From positions 16,492,001-16,556,000 of the forward strand of contig NC_134482.1 of NCBI RefSeq assembly GCF_964194025.1: DNA of 64,000 nucleotides, written 5' to 3'. Both the position numbers and the translations under genes were made by a program. This stretch comes from Convolutriloba macropyga (taxonomy: Eukaryota). Position 1 is the first letter of the stretch. Each line of letters begins with the position of its first letter. A model generated the notes under the pieces. That model worked only from the letters and a program-made list of their open reading frames with translations, was not told where the DNA came from and made no database searches. Below are positions 39,587 through 52,434 of the stretch, piece by piece.

Positions 39587-40646
39587 CCCAGGTTGAGGTC
39601 CCAGACCGAAAGTGGATATGTCCAGACCGAAATGAACGCACAAGGTGGCGTCGTGCGTTCAAAATTACACGGTCTGGAAACGAAAATGAACGCACGATAG
39701 TCTGGACATATGCAATTTTGAACGCACGATGGTCTGGACATAAGCAATTTTGAACGCACGAAAGTCTGGACATTGTGACTCGGAGCGCACAAAATTTTTT
39801 TTCGAATGGAAACAAGAATGCCAAAAACTAATGAGTCCATGTTTGACTAAACACTCTTAATAGAGTGCTCACTCAAGTGAAAGCTTTCTACCAAGAAAAC
39901 CTCAACTCACTTGAGTTCAAAAGTTACAAAACATCGAACGCAGGAAAATTCGCATCCAACATTTTGCTTTGTTTAAAACAATTTCCTACCTAGAATTATA
40001 AACCCTTGCTGAAGTTGCAAAGCAAATCATACTTTAATAACTAGGTCGCTGGCAGCCCCTTCAGCCAATGCTTTCATCGAACATCTTTTATTAAACAAAA
40101 TGTAGGAACTGTTTGGGCACTTCATCACAACCATCACCCTAACGTATCTATATTTGAAACGAATACATTATAAAAACGTTATCTGAACATGAACGCACGA
40201 AAGTCTGGACATACGCATTTTTGAACGCACGAAAGTCTGGACATAGGTGTTTTTGAACGCACGATAGTCTGGACATGAACGCACAAATGAGCGCACGATT
40301 TTTCATTTAGAACGCACTAAAGTCTGGTCATATAAGATTTTGAACGCGCGAAAGTCTGAACATAAGCACGTTTGAACGCACGAAAGTCTGGACATAGGTG
40401 TTTTTGAACGCACAAATCAGCGCACGAATTTTAATTTGGAACGCACTAAAGTCTGGTCATATAAGATTTTGAACGCACGAAAGTCTGGACATAGGGAGTT
40501 TTGAACGCACGATGAACGCACAAAAAATTTTGAACGCACGAAAGTCTGGACATAGGCACTTTCCGTCTGGGAGGGTCTGGACATAGACACTTTCCGTCTG
40601 GGACGGTCTGGACATATCGACTTTCAGTCTGGCACCTCAACCTGGG
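39587..40646. mobile_element. Non-autonomous DNA transposon with ~43-bp TIRs and internal ~33-bp repeats
   Basis: Left TA|cccaggttgaggtcccagaccgaaagtggatatgtccagaccg; right cggtctggacatatcgactttcagtctggcacctcaacctggg|TA. Many tgaacgcacgaaagtctggacata units. Confidence 0.85.
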
Positions 40647-41219
40647 TAAATTGCCTATGACCAGAACAAAAAACGTCTAAAGACTTTTTTGACCCGAGCC
40701 ACTTAAAAAGAGCGTTCTCCCACATTGGAAAAAAACTGTCAATCGAAACAAGTGTCATATCAGGTCAAGAGCTGAATAATCAACTACCAGAATTGCGGGA
40801 ACGCTTATAATTTGAATTTTGAAAACAAGCTAGGTTTCGATAATTTGACTAACTAGTTTTATTAATTTGACTAGCTAGGTTTATATTAATTACTTCGTTA
40901 ACAAACTAGATTTATATTAATTTGAAAACAAGCTAGGTTTCGTTGAAGATTGTAGATAGACCAACTCTGATTTTAAACAGAGTTTCTCTTACACAGGTTC
41001 AAATTTTCTCTTTCCAATAGGTCAAAGTAAAAATAACTGGAACTGCCATTGAATTAATTAAAACAAAAGAGACCTAGTAGCAATTACTTACTACCGCTCG
41101 AAACAGAATTGTGTTGTTCAGCTTAAATTGATCTGTTTTTGAGGTTTTTAGTTTTTAAAGCTTTCAGTTTTTAATTTTTTGTTTTTTTTATGCTTTATTG
41201 AAACTCCTAGTCAAGTGAA

Positions 41220-41760
41220 TAATTGCTTTCAAAGGAAGTTTGTAGAAATTTTATTAGTCCTGTGGTCTTTGTATGCCATTTTTTGCTTGTCCAATTTTTC
41301 GTCCGACCCATTTGACTTTTCGGTCCTCAAAAGCGAGATAAACAGGTAGCGCCCAGAGTTCTTTAAGTTCTCTCAGAACCTTTCAACTCACTACTCTTCA
41401 AGTATGTGATTCACAGAAACTGTTTTGAAAACGTATACTGATGGTATGAAGGGCAGTTCTTAAAGTTTGTCCCGCTACACACCCCCCTCACTTCGCTCCC
41501 CTCCCCCAATCCCCACACTCGACATCGCTCACGCCGTAAGGAAGTGGCCCCGTGCAGCCAAAGAACACGTCCCCCACCGTTGCCCCATCAATCTTCCCGT
41601 TGCACCTCCTCCCTCACCCGCTGCGCTCACCTTACGCCCCTTCAAGTAAGCTAAATCTAGCCCCACTAAAGCCTATCTAGCCACTGGCGAAGCCAACCAT
41701 TTGCCTTTCGTTTGAGTCCAATTCACCCGACGTTGGTCGGTTATGTTTTACTTGTCAAAA
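41220..41760. repeat. Inverted, array-less copy of the 5170-6720 / 1-250 repeat family
   Basis: Reverse complement matches aacataaccgac.aacgtcggg.gaattg (about 5192) and positions 1-130. Confidence 0.65.
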
Positions 41761-43448
41761 CAGCTATTTTGATTGGTTGAAGTTAATTATAATAGCAGTC
41801 TGCAAATTTCCATAACGTCACTTGTTTACTGTGAATTTAACAGTAAGCAGAATTTGTTAACTTTCTTGAGCTTTTGTATTTTTGAAAACACCCACACACT
41901 CTATTTTCAAGCGTAGAGTTTACAGTTGTGCTTTTATTGGGTGCGCTAACTCTGGTAAGAAACATCTTTCCGATAGAGCAACTCTACACAGCAGGAACAA
42001 TAATGGAATTGGAGAGAAAAAACGTACCATCTTTCCTCAACAGTTTTCTAACCTCATTAGAGTTAGCTTAGGCTCTGAAAGATTTTGAATACTAAAATCA
42101 CAATTTTTCCTCAAAAAGGAAATTAGAAACGAAATTTTTTCTCAAGAAGGTCCGTTCAAACAACGATTCCTTTTTCAAGGACTTTTCGATGTTTTATCAG
42201 TTTTGATCCTTCGAACTAAAGTTACTGCTGACACAAAAGACACTCATACATTTAGTAGTTAGACGATCAAACAAGAAACTGAAAAGCAAGCAAGTAGAGA
42301 TTTTTCCATCAAGACGTTTCCGGTTCGCACATCATACAATTAAATTAGTTTTATAAAAGATCATATAAGATTCTTAGTAATCATTTTAGTTCATATATTA
42401 TGTGCATAATTGCTCATTGGTTATAAAAAAACTTATGAAAACCATACAAAAAGTTGAAAAGTTGTATAATGATCCTATTTCGTGGAATTTCGATAGAACG
42501 AATGAACATAAAATCGTTTGAGTCAATACACGACTAATAAAACATTTACTGGTGTCATAAATTCATAATGTAGTCAGATGATAAAAACGTATATTTTATC
42601 CCATGCTCAGTCCTTTTTTGACTCTAGGTGCGCTAAAACCTTAATATGCAATTGTGTGGCCATTTAGAAATAGATTTTGAAAGTACATAAAATGTATTGC
42701 ATTTTGTTAATAAAAACCATTTTTAGTTATAAGCTTTTTTTCAGAAAACATCAAAATTTGAGTCATATAGATACACCTATTTGTTAGCACCAAGCTGCAA
42801 AAATATTACCTCAGTGTTTTGGGTGAATCTCAATTTGACGCCGGGGAATGACATCATTTAAAAACCTAATTGGCAGAAAAAGATATGTCTGCTGGTTCAT
42901 ACTGCGATCATAATTGATTTCTTGGTAATGGGGCAAGGATGGCTTCACGGTTATACGTTCACATCGTAATTCGAAATCAAGTACAGAAGTTATTAAAAGA
43001 TATCTAATCCTCGTATCGAATCAAAGAATTTCATTCCGGGGCTGTAAAACAATTTTAGATGGTTTCGCCTATCATAGATTGAAATTTTAAAGATAATTGA
43101 TCAACTCATTTGAATAGTCATTGAGATTCACTAGATTCACTAAAATTTTTTGATTGATTCCCAAACACAATTGTTTTTCTTATTATTGTTATTTACTGTT
43201 ATTGTGGATTCTTAGCATCAATCGGAGTTTGAAATAAAATTGTGATGGTAACAATTGGATGGATAGAATTGTGAAACTGAGGCAACTTCTAATCAATAGA
43301 AAACTTAATTATGTAGCCGCAGGAAGGCAAAAATTCTTTGTCAAAGTTGAATTCTCGCTTATTTTTCATTCACTGATCGAAAAAATTAAAAAAGCTTACA
43401 ACCGACAAATTTTTGCCTATTTTAACAACTCAGGGGGCCTTCTGAAAC

Positions 43449-43620
43449 AAATTTTGGATCTTTTTCGTTTGTGCTCCCCAGTACGTTATGCGCCCCCAGT
43501 TACAGAGCACGTGACATTGCATTGTAAAAAATATGGCACGTGCGTCGGGGGGGGGGGGTGGTGCAAATAATATGCGACCAATAAGCTGGGGGGGCACAAA
43601 CTGAAAAGATCCCAAATTTT
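43449..43620. mobile_element. MITE with ~30-bp TIRs
   Basis: aaattttggatctttttcgtttgtgctcccc ... ggggcacaaactgaaaagatcccaaatttt. Confidence 0.75.
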
Positions 43621-43821
43621 AACAACATCAACAACAATATTATAAAATATTAACCTTTGAAAAGATTCTTTAACTAAAAAGATGGCTGAACATTTGGTTC
43701 GAGCATATATCTATGAAAAAATCTTTCATTTATTAAATGTTGAATTTTTACTCTATCTCTGTGTTTCACTTTGTAAATAAAGCCAATATCTCACTCGGTT
43801 TGTTCATAATAATTTACTCAC

Positions 43822-43889
43822 GTGATATTTGTTCCATCTTCTCCTGAATTTGTGAACACTTCATCTCTCAACTCCACTATTTGGATGGC
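43822..43889 (-). CDS. ABCG2: ABCG2-like penultimate exon (ECL3; not in ORF track)
   Basis: TTTTAG|GCC ... AC|GTGAGT; encodes AIQIVELRDEVFTNSGEDGTNIT. Phases 0 and 2 fit both neighbouring exons; contains an NIT sequon. Confidence 0.85.
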
Positions 43890-44012
43890 CTAAAAAAGTA
43901 TCATTTGTCCCTCTCAACACATTTGTTTTTAGTACTCAGTTTACGCATTGATACAAAAATATTCATTTACACTTATTTCTTTGGTCGAGGTTTTGTCAAA
44001 ACAAAAATATGC

Positions 44013-44205
44013 AAGAATTGCGGTGAATAGCGTTGAAAAAATTTTCATCGCAAAGCGGCCGCATCTTTTAACGATAAATGCGGTGAAAGCAGTGAATTCT
44101 TGTAAGACTCCCGATTCTTAGCGGTGACATTTTGTTCACCGCATTCACTGCATTCAACGCTAATAACCGCAATTCTTACATCTTTTCACCGCACTTACCG
44201 CATTT
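44013..44205. repeat. Palindromic gcggtgaa/ttcaccgc repeat element
   Basis: aagaattgcggtgaatagcgttgaa ... ttcaacgctaataaccgcaattctt. Confidence 0.6.
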
Positions 44206-44974
44206 CTTTGATTTTTAGCAACTTTCATCGTTGACACCTCGATCGGGGTTTATGAAAAGTTTGCAAGTTTAAACTATAGCCCCCAAAAAATTTTCCAAAG
44301 CATGATGTAAGTGGGCCATTGGTACGTGAAATCAATCTACTGAAATAACAATTGAATTAATAACTATTCAAAATGGCCGTTGTTTCTTTGTCTCGGCCAG
44401 ATGTTTAAGCGGAATATAGACATCAGCGGAATGGCAAATCAAACATTTATCTTTCATGGTGTCCAACAAACATCCAAATATGACTTTTACTTTTGCTGAG
44501 TTGCATATGAACCTATCTGGTTCAAGCCATATCTGATTCTGAAATTAGCTGATGGTGCTAACAGTCTCCGGTCACGAAAAAAATGTGGAGGATAACGAAG
44601 GATAACAACTTTGTGGGATGGAGTCTTCAACTGTGCTATTCATACGAGTACTTTGCTTTTTTGTTTTTTTTCTTTTTAATGTGTTCAATTAGAAGTGAAC
44701 TGCAAATTGCGATTTCCCAGGTGGTAAGTTGCGCCACCTTTTAAACCGCGCTTTCACTTTGGCTTTCACTTGACTTTAGTATTTTCTTTGGTTTCTGGTG
44801 GTTTATGTTAATTACTTGTCTGGAGGATGGAGGCAGTGAGATTGGCTTGGAAGGAATCTATGGATGTGATTTTTGGTGGTGGAGTTTAGTTTAATGGGTT
44901 TTTGTTAAGTATTCGGCGAAAGAAAGAGGGAGCCAGAGAGGGAGAAAAACGGAGAGAAGAGGGGGGGAGAGAGA

Positions 44975-44975
44975 A

Positions 44976-45031
<56 letters not shown>

Positions 45032-45033
45032 AA
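44975..45033. repeat. (AAAG)n microsatellite
   Basis: About 14 units. Confidence 0.95.
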
Positions 45034-45419
45034 CAGGCACCCCAGTGGAACTACGGCAGCCGAAAAGCTGGTTGCTTTTCCTCCAAAGCAACCAGCTTGT
45101 GCACTGGCAGTACAAAAATTCGCCGTTGGTTTTGATGATAATAACGAAACGTAAAAATAGAATATTTTGAGAAAATGAAAAAGAGGAACCCTCAGTGCAC
45201 ACCGGCAACCAGTCCCCCCTTTCAGAGGAAGCGCAGTCGGCGTGTGCACTGAAAACACAGAGGCTTGTAGTTTATGCCTAATTGAGGCGGGTATTTTTGG
45301 CCTTGCGGGTATGAGTGATTGTTCCCAAGCGGGAACTGAGTGTGGGGCCAGTATCAAGGCCTCTGCATGATTCCCACGATCATGCCCAGCTACCCAACTA
45401 CAACTGTGAAATCTCGTGT

Positions 45420-46275
45420 ATCACACGAGTACCACAACTGGATGCAGTCTATGTAAAAGTACTTGTCGCTTAGGTGTATTCCAGACACGCTATGTTTCTA
45501 CAGCTGAGGTGAATTCCATAAACGTGTACCTTCAATTGAGCTGCAGCCAGTTATGTATACCTGCGGTTCAAGTGAAGTACAGGTAAGCGTACCTGGGGCT
45601 GAGGTGCATTCCACCCGGGGCTGAGGTGTAGTACACCTGGGGTTGAGTTGTAGTGTACCTGAGGTTGAGGTATAGTCCCTTTAGGAGTAACCGTGGCTGA
45701 GGTGAAGTACAAGTACGCGTACAAAGGGCTGAAGTGCAGTCTACCTGGGCTCAAATACACTCCTAGTACGAGTACCTGTGGTTGAGGTGCAGTCCATAAA
45801 CGAGTACACTTTAGGCTGAGGTGTAGTCAATGTATAAGCACCTGCGGCTGAATCTGAGTCCAGGTACGCCTGCCAAGGGCTGAATCCATCTGGAACTGAA
45901 GCGCAGTCCAATTATGAAAACATGCGGCTTAGCTGATGTCGATGTGCAAAAACTTGCGGCTGACATGCAGTCGGCGAAGTAGGCAAACCTACGGCCAACG
46001 AGCAGTCCATTTACGAGTACCTGTGGCTGAGCTGCACCCAATGTATGAGTACCTGCGGTTGAGGTGCGTTCCATCTATGAGTACTTGAGGCTGAGGTGCA
46101 GTTTCTTTACGAGTAATTGTGACTGAAGTACAGTTTATGTGTAGTCCATGTGCTTAGGTGAGTACCTGTGACTGAGCTTTGTTCAAACAAAGCTGACCGC
46201 AGACTGAAGTGCAATCCAGAGGATCTTACCTGCAGCTGAAGGACCGTCGGATGAACAAAGCCTTCAGCTGAGGAG
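45420..46275. repeat. Degenerate ~32-bp minisatellite
   Basis: Consensus gagtacctgtggctgaggtgcagtccatntat; regular units visible at 46015-46130. Confidence 0.85.
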
Positions 46276-46420
46276 CGCTCCGATCCGATGCGATCACGTT
46301 CTCATGATTATTAACTGTTTTGCTGATAATAAATGTTTCATGTTTGATTAAATTGTTAATCACGTACAGGTCGGAAAAAGTATAGCGCAATAATACGAAG
46401 TGACTGAGTAATAGACTAAC

Positions 46421-46510
46421 AGATATTCCATATCTGATGACACTCAAGTACTGCAGATAAGTCAGTGGGATGGGGATGTTGTCAACATCTATGTAGAACC
46501 CACCAAACAT
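46421..46510 (-). CDS. ABCG2: ABCG2-like exon (TM5 / ECL3 start)
   Basis: MFGGFYIDVDNIPIPLTYLQYLSVIRYGIS; TTTAG acceptor, GTTAGT donor; 90 nt. Confidence 0.9.
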
Positions 46511-46588
46511 CTAAACAAACAAACAACAAAAATAAACATAACCTAACAATATAAACAAAAGCCTATTATTCCATTACAAGATTCGTTG

Positions 46589-46711
46589 CCCCAGTTGAGA
46601 GGTCGACTTTACGAAAAGACTTATAAAGTCGACCTTGGGGGTATTTCCCTACCGTAAATACACGGTCGACCTCCTAGTAAGGTTCAACATAAGTCAACCT
46701 CTCAGCTTGGG
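46589..46711. mobile_element. Small MITE in ABCG intron
   Basis: cccagttgagaggtcgactt ... aagtcaacctctcagcttggg. Confidence 0.6.
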
Positions 46712-46916
46712 TGATAAATCAAGTCAACTGTCTGTATATACACCCCTTAATCTTACATCTTTTTGGGAGTAGTTTGGTCTTACATCGTTTTATCCCCCCA
46801 GACAGTTACGCCCTTACTCTTTACATCAGTTTGGGGGTAATCAAGGGGGTAAACTTCGACTTGGGTAATATTCGAAGTGTGTTGTTGTTTTGTTGTTGTT
46901 TATGTTGTTTACTTAC

Positions 46917-47071
46917 TAGCATTAGTACATAGGTGGTGGTGACAGAGAGAATGGCGACTGGGATGACATTGAAAGTGGCAGACACAGCCAGTCCTGCCGA
47001 ACAACTGGACACTGCCACCAGACATGCAGTCAACATGTACAACAGGAAACTGTCCAACTCAGGTTTCAGAC
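46917..47071 (-). CDS. ABCG2: ABCG2-like exon (TM4 region)
   Basis: GLKPELDSFLLYMLTACLVAVSSCSAGLAVSATFNVIPVAILSVTTTYVLML; TACAG acceptor, GTAAGT donor; 155 nt. Confidence 0.9.
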
Positions 47072-48213
47072 CTGTAATCACAAACAACTGACAGCGAACA
47101 AGATGAAGAGTTTACAAAACTGGAAAACAACACGATTGTCTTCCCCGGGCGCGACCGGATGTTTGTTTGGCAAGAACTGGCGAGATTCTCCCAAAAATTG
47201 GTTATCTTGCAAAATCTTGTAAGACGTATGGTTATCCTGCAAGATTCGTTGCGGTCGAGCTTTGTTCTCATTGGTGCTTTTGAAGAACCATTTTTCATTT
47301 TTTGCGGAAAACTTCTGAGTAACAGTTGCGTGTTATTTCAGGGATAAATTAATCCATTTATAATTTCAATATCTCAATATTAATTTATAAAGACCAACCA
47401 ACCTAAGCACAACCAGCTAAGCATAAACCGTGATTGTTCCATTGTAAAGTCACTGTTCAGAACTCGGAAATCATTTAAAATTATTCTTTTTTTTGAATTT
47501 TTGAAATTGCACAATTCAAAAGTTTTTTTTAAAAAAAAACTTCACTCCTCCAAAATAAATACATGTCTTCTACTTTTTCCCTTCATTTCCTTTTATAGAT
47601 ATTTTTTCACAATTATAAACGTTTGTGGGAAAACGTAGATTTCTGAACCATTTTAATTAATAGCTTTGCAAAAACGTTGCGATCAGAAAGGCCACTACAG
47701 TCGAGGACGTGCATGATAGAAATGATTCGTGCATACTGAAGTCTTTCAAGGAATGCTTCGGGACTAAAAAAAACTTACAGAAATACTTTTGAATACTCAG
47801 ACCAAGGAGTCACTAAAATTTTAGTTCAAGTTCCAAAAGTCTACTTTTTTAAAATATAATTCTTTTTTTTGTACTTATAACTATTTGGAAGAATAGTTAA
47901 ATCCGGGGGTGGCGTAGAATTGAAATTTCTAAACAAATAAATGAGTTTTTGCATAATCGCAGCGGAGCAGCATTAGGCTTTCAGTCTGCAGTGTATTAAC
48001 AGTAGCCTGTTCTCAGCGGTCCTTTTTCAATTATGAAGCTCTCTTGAGAAAATTAAGGGCCAATACAGCAAACGCATTAACATATTTTAAAATGCTTTCA
48101 TTTTACATCTGTAGTGTCGCAATTTCAGACGCAGCAGAGAGATTGATGACACACCTGTCGGCGACGTCTTAACAAATAGACGTACCAAAATGTAGAATTT
48201 TCAACGGATGTGA

Positions 48214-48312
48214 TTGGTTGAGAAACATAAAATATTTAACATAAAATATCTACTTATAACCATCGTAGTTATTCTACAAAAATGTGGTGACATTGAAAGA
48301 AACCCAGGTCCA
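48214..48312 (+). other. 2A-like ribosomal skipping (StopGo) peptide
   Basis: LVEKHKIFNIKYLLITIVVILQKCGDIERNPGP: hydrophobic helix followed by canonical GD(V/I)ExNPGP at 48286-48312. Confidence 0.85.
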
Positions 48313-51300
48313 TCAAATTTGGATAGAATAACAACAATTGAAAATTGGAGTTCCCCAAATTTTGGTATATGAATTGTAGAAGCCTCAATAATAAACATGA
48401 GCAATTGTCTCGTTTTTTGAAAAATCTTAATGAAACCTCATTACTAGTTGTTACCGAAACATGGATAAACGAAATAACTGACATTCCCGAGTTTTATCTG
48501 TGCAATAGCCATCACTTCATTCACCAACCAAGATCATCTTTAACTAATGTACAGAGAGGTGGAGGGGTAGGTATTTGGGTTCCCAAACAGTTTGAAGCAA
48601 AAATGAGAAATGATTTGAACACAATCAATAGAAGTTTTTTTGAGTCAAGGTGGATTGAAATTGGTAAGCCTTTAACACAAAAACTACTCATTAATGTAGC
48701 ATACTGCCCCAATGTAAATCTTTCTAACTTTTTTCTGGATGAAATGACTGTAGAAATCTCAAATGTATATTCGTATACAGATAATCTCATTTTATTAGGA
48801 GATTACAATATAAACTTGTTAGGCACAAAAGGTAGACAGTCACTTGATATTTTCACAGCAAACAATGGGCTATGTTACGTTAATGAAACGGAGGCAACAT
48901 GGACAAATGGTGAAAAATATTCGTTAATTGATCACTGCTTTATCTCGAAGAACCAAATTTTTGAAGCCAGTGTTCTAGAGTCGACTCTTGGAGTTGATCA
49001 CTTCACAATAGTATATCAGTCATCATTAAAAATAGATCACAGTGATAAGAAAAGACAGTTTTTGATACGTTATACCAAGAAATATTCAAGATCAAATTTT
49101 AATCGTGACATTGCGCTGCAAGATTGGTCGCCTATGCACCAGATAAATGAGCCGAACGAAATGTTTTTAAAAGTTATTGAAGTTTTTGAAAGTATACTGA
49201 GTTGTCATGAACCCTTGAAGTTGGTAGACAGTAGTACCAAAAAACAACAAAAGCAATGGTTGACAAAAGAATTACGTGGTCTCATAAATGAAAAACACCG
49301 TCTCTTTAATGCGTGGAAGAAAAACCCAAAATCAGAGATTTATAACATTTACAAATCTTTACGCAATTCGGTGAGTAGAAAACTGAAAAAAGCTGCAGAT
49401 GATTACACAAAGACTTTTTTCCAGCAGCTACCAACTTCAGGAGAACAATGTAAATTCATCAAAAACAGGATCAATTCCAACAGCCAAATAGAAAAAATTG
49501 ACAATTTAAAGGAAAATAGTCATTTTGTTGAGGATGACAGAGAGACTATCAATGTTCTTAATAATTGTTTTGCGAGACTAGGATTATACAAAGGCAAAGA
49601 CGTTGCTCCAAATTGTTCTTCCCTAACATTTGATGGACCGGAATTTAGCTTCCGACCAGTCACCAGAAAAGAATTGTATAATGTTATTGATAATCTACCT
49701 AAGCATAAATCTCCCGGACCGGGCTATGTACCAGCATGGGCGCTAAAAGATAGTAAACTGTCTATTGGAACTCATTTACAATTTGTCGTCAAGGAATGTA
49801 TAAACAAAAACACGTTTCCTTATATTTTGAAAACAGCGCATGTTACACCTGTCTATAAGAAGTGAGATCGACTAGAGCCAGAAAACTATCGACCCATATC
49901 AGTCACACCAACTCTAGCAAAAATTTTTGAGCGAATACTACTTGAACAACTAACTCACCATCTAACTCTTAATGGTCTGATTAACAAGAATCAATTCGGC
50001 TTTCAAAAGCAAAAGTCCTGTCTCGATACTATCATTTCATTAACTGAAAAGATAAACCAATGCGTTGACGAAAGGAAACTGTTGTCACACTCTTTTTAGA
50101 CTTAGCAAAGGCTTTCAACTCAATATCTATAGATGTTTTTATGAACAAAATGAAAAGGTATGGAATTGGAGAAATTGCAAGAATCTTATTAAACTCTTTC
50201 CTTTGTGACAGAAAACAGTTTGTAAAAAATCGGATAGCAAAATCAGATTGGGTTGTCATAAATCACGGTGTTCCTCAGGGAACTGCCTTAGGGCCTCTAA
50301 TTTTTATACTTTATGTCAACGATTTCAGTGAAGCTGTATCAACGAATTGTGATGTATTACAGTTTGCCGATGATACAGCAATTCTATGTCATGCACAGAA
50401 TGAAGCAATTTTACAGTTAATAGCTGAAGATACATTCAACAAGACAGATCAATATATGAAACAAAACAGGTTAACTTTGAATGAGAAAAAAACGGAGTTA
50501 ATGGTGTTCAGGAATGAAAAATTGCCGATCATTGAAACTGTCGATTTCAAGGGACACCGATTGGAAACATCTGAAAAATGTAGATATTTAGGTGTAATAA
50601 TTGATAGGGAACTGACATACCAAAATCAACTAAATAAGGTTATCAGTAAAATGGCTTCAGCAATCAGATCATTATATTTGGTTCGTTATCAGGTACCGCT
50701 AAAAACAAGAATAAATCTTTTTAAATCACTAGTTTTGTCTCATTTAGATTTTAGCGCAATTTTTTTTCAAAATTTACCATCTTACTCTATTGACAGAATT
50801 AACAAACACATAAACTGGGGGAAAAAAGTTTGCTTTATGAAAACCAAATACGATACTGCCAGAGATCTACTTCTGGAGACTAAAATTCTTCCAGCAGAGC
50901 TCCAAATAACACGGGTGTCTTTAAATAGATTTTTCAATATTCTCCAACAAACAAGAAATCGCTCTAATAAACATTTCAGATTTTTAGAAAACGTGTCTAT
51001 TATTGTAAACAAACGAACCCATAACCTTTTCTTAGAACAAAAATGTAAGTCAAAATGGAGTAATGGTTCAATTGTTCGTAACTTTATTCGAAAATGGAAC
51101 ACACTTCCAATTACAATTAGAAAAGAAACGTCGAAGACCAAATTTAAACAAAAAGTTACAGCGGAAATGCTTAAACGACACGAAAGAGTTCCAATAGACA
51201 GAAGTGGTGCAGGATTTAAACATATTTTTTATTAGATTATTTTACGAAAACCGAACCTTAGTTTGTTATAAATTAGAAAAAAATAATGTTTGATTAATAA

Positions 51301-51480
51301 ATTTCTAACATGTAACATTAACCAAGTGGTTAGTTTAATTTACATGTTTGCAGATTTAAAAAAATTTAAAACACAGTACTGTTATGCGTTCAATTGGACT
51401 AATTCTAGATGATAGTTTTTACTACATCGATCCCGTGGGATTTGAAATGAATCTATCACAACCGAAATAATTTTTCTCTT
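48214..51480 (+). mobile_element. CR1/L2/Crack-group LINE, antisense in ABCG intron; near-complete ORF2 (APE-RT) preceded by a 2A peptide
   Basis: APE: NCRSL, VTETW, RGGGVGIWV, GDYNIN, LIDH, DH. RT: ENYRPIS, DLAKAFN, GVPQGTALGPLIF, QFADDT, YLGVIID. One premature TGA (49863) and frameshifts at about 48340 and 50075. Ends approximate. Confidence 0.93.
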
Positions 51481-51659
51481 CCGGCTTATTGCAATTTATG
51501 TGCGATTTTACGTTTACATTCATATCCTATTTTAAAACATGGAGAACTTGCTGAGCAATCAGCCATTCAGAAATCAATATTCCTATTTTCTCAATTGTTT
51601 TTGATCAGCAACAAAATTTCTATACTTTGGTACGTCTGCCATTTTCACTACTGCCATAC

Positions 51660-51784
51660 CTGTCATCCAGTATAGGAGTATCGCATATATAATGGTGGGA
51701 ATGGTCCTGAGAGGAATGACATCCATTATGAACTTGGATAGGAAGTAGGAGGATATCCTGTAGAAACCATTTGCTGACTCGTGT
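51660..51784 (-). CDS. ABCG2: ABCG2-like exon (TM3 region)
   Basis: HESANGFYRISSYFLSKFIMDVIPLRTIPTIIYAILLYWMTG, compare ABCG2 HEYISGYYRVSSYFLGKLLSDLLPMR. TTACAG acceptor, GTATGG donor; 125 nt. Confidence 0.92.
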
Positions 51785-52146
51785 CTGTAAACAACAAACA
51801 AACAAACAAACAAAAAATATTAGTCAACAATATCAATTGAGACAGGAAATTCATCTTTGATATTTACATAAGACTGTGACAATTAACTTGGGGTGCCTTT
51901 ACTTTATTTTCAAATTCCTTTCTGTTGGCATAATACTCTTAACTTTTTAACGTAACTGAAAATTAATATCTCGTCAAAAGCGTATTTTACAAGCGTTGCT
52001 CAAGAACAGTCCAAAAGAGCTTACTGTTCAAAGTGAAAAGAGTGGAATCGTTTTTTCCAACGCTAGTTCAGCTTTTGTGGAAAAACTATTAAACTTTCAA
52101 AAAAAGGAATTAAAAGTAAACAATTTGATTAAAAAAAAACAGAGTA

Positions 52147-52245
52147 GCCGCGTTACAGAAGCGGGGTTTGAACGGGGGTCTGTAGAGCCTTAGTCTCATG
52201 CTCGCTTGGACAAAAAGTTCTTCACCAATTCATTCGGCCAGAGTG
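52147..52245 (-). mobile_element. Possible tRNA-derived SINE head
   Basis: Minus strand has an A-box-like TGGCCGAATG and a B-box-like GTTCAAACC; no clean cloverleaf. Confidence 0.35.
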
Positions 52246-52434
52246 ATCATGGTAGACGTTATCGAGTTATTATTTTTAACCGGCAGACTCCTTTTGATAT
52301 TTTTCACATTTAAAATTATACCTCTTTAACTAATTATTTACTACTCGGTGTTTATCTAATCGGCATTTAAAAATGATCAGATTAATAAAATATCATTTTT
52401 CAATAAAGCCAATTAATTATCACACGGCGGATAT

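Noticed and set aside
39630-40560. Regularly spaced repeats resembling a CRISPR array
   Set aside because: Eukaryotic context, no unique spacers, no cas genes; the array lies inside a TIR element.
44891-45357. ORFs with FFLS or RKKE repeats
   Set aside because: Artefacts of the (AAAG)n microsatellite.
45420-46275. ORFs 45551-45760 and 45811-46074 and repeat periodicity
   Set aside because: The ~32-bp unit is not a multiple of 3; it is an intronic minisatellite.
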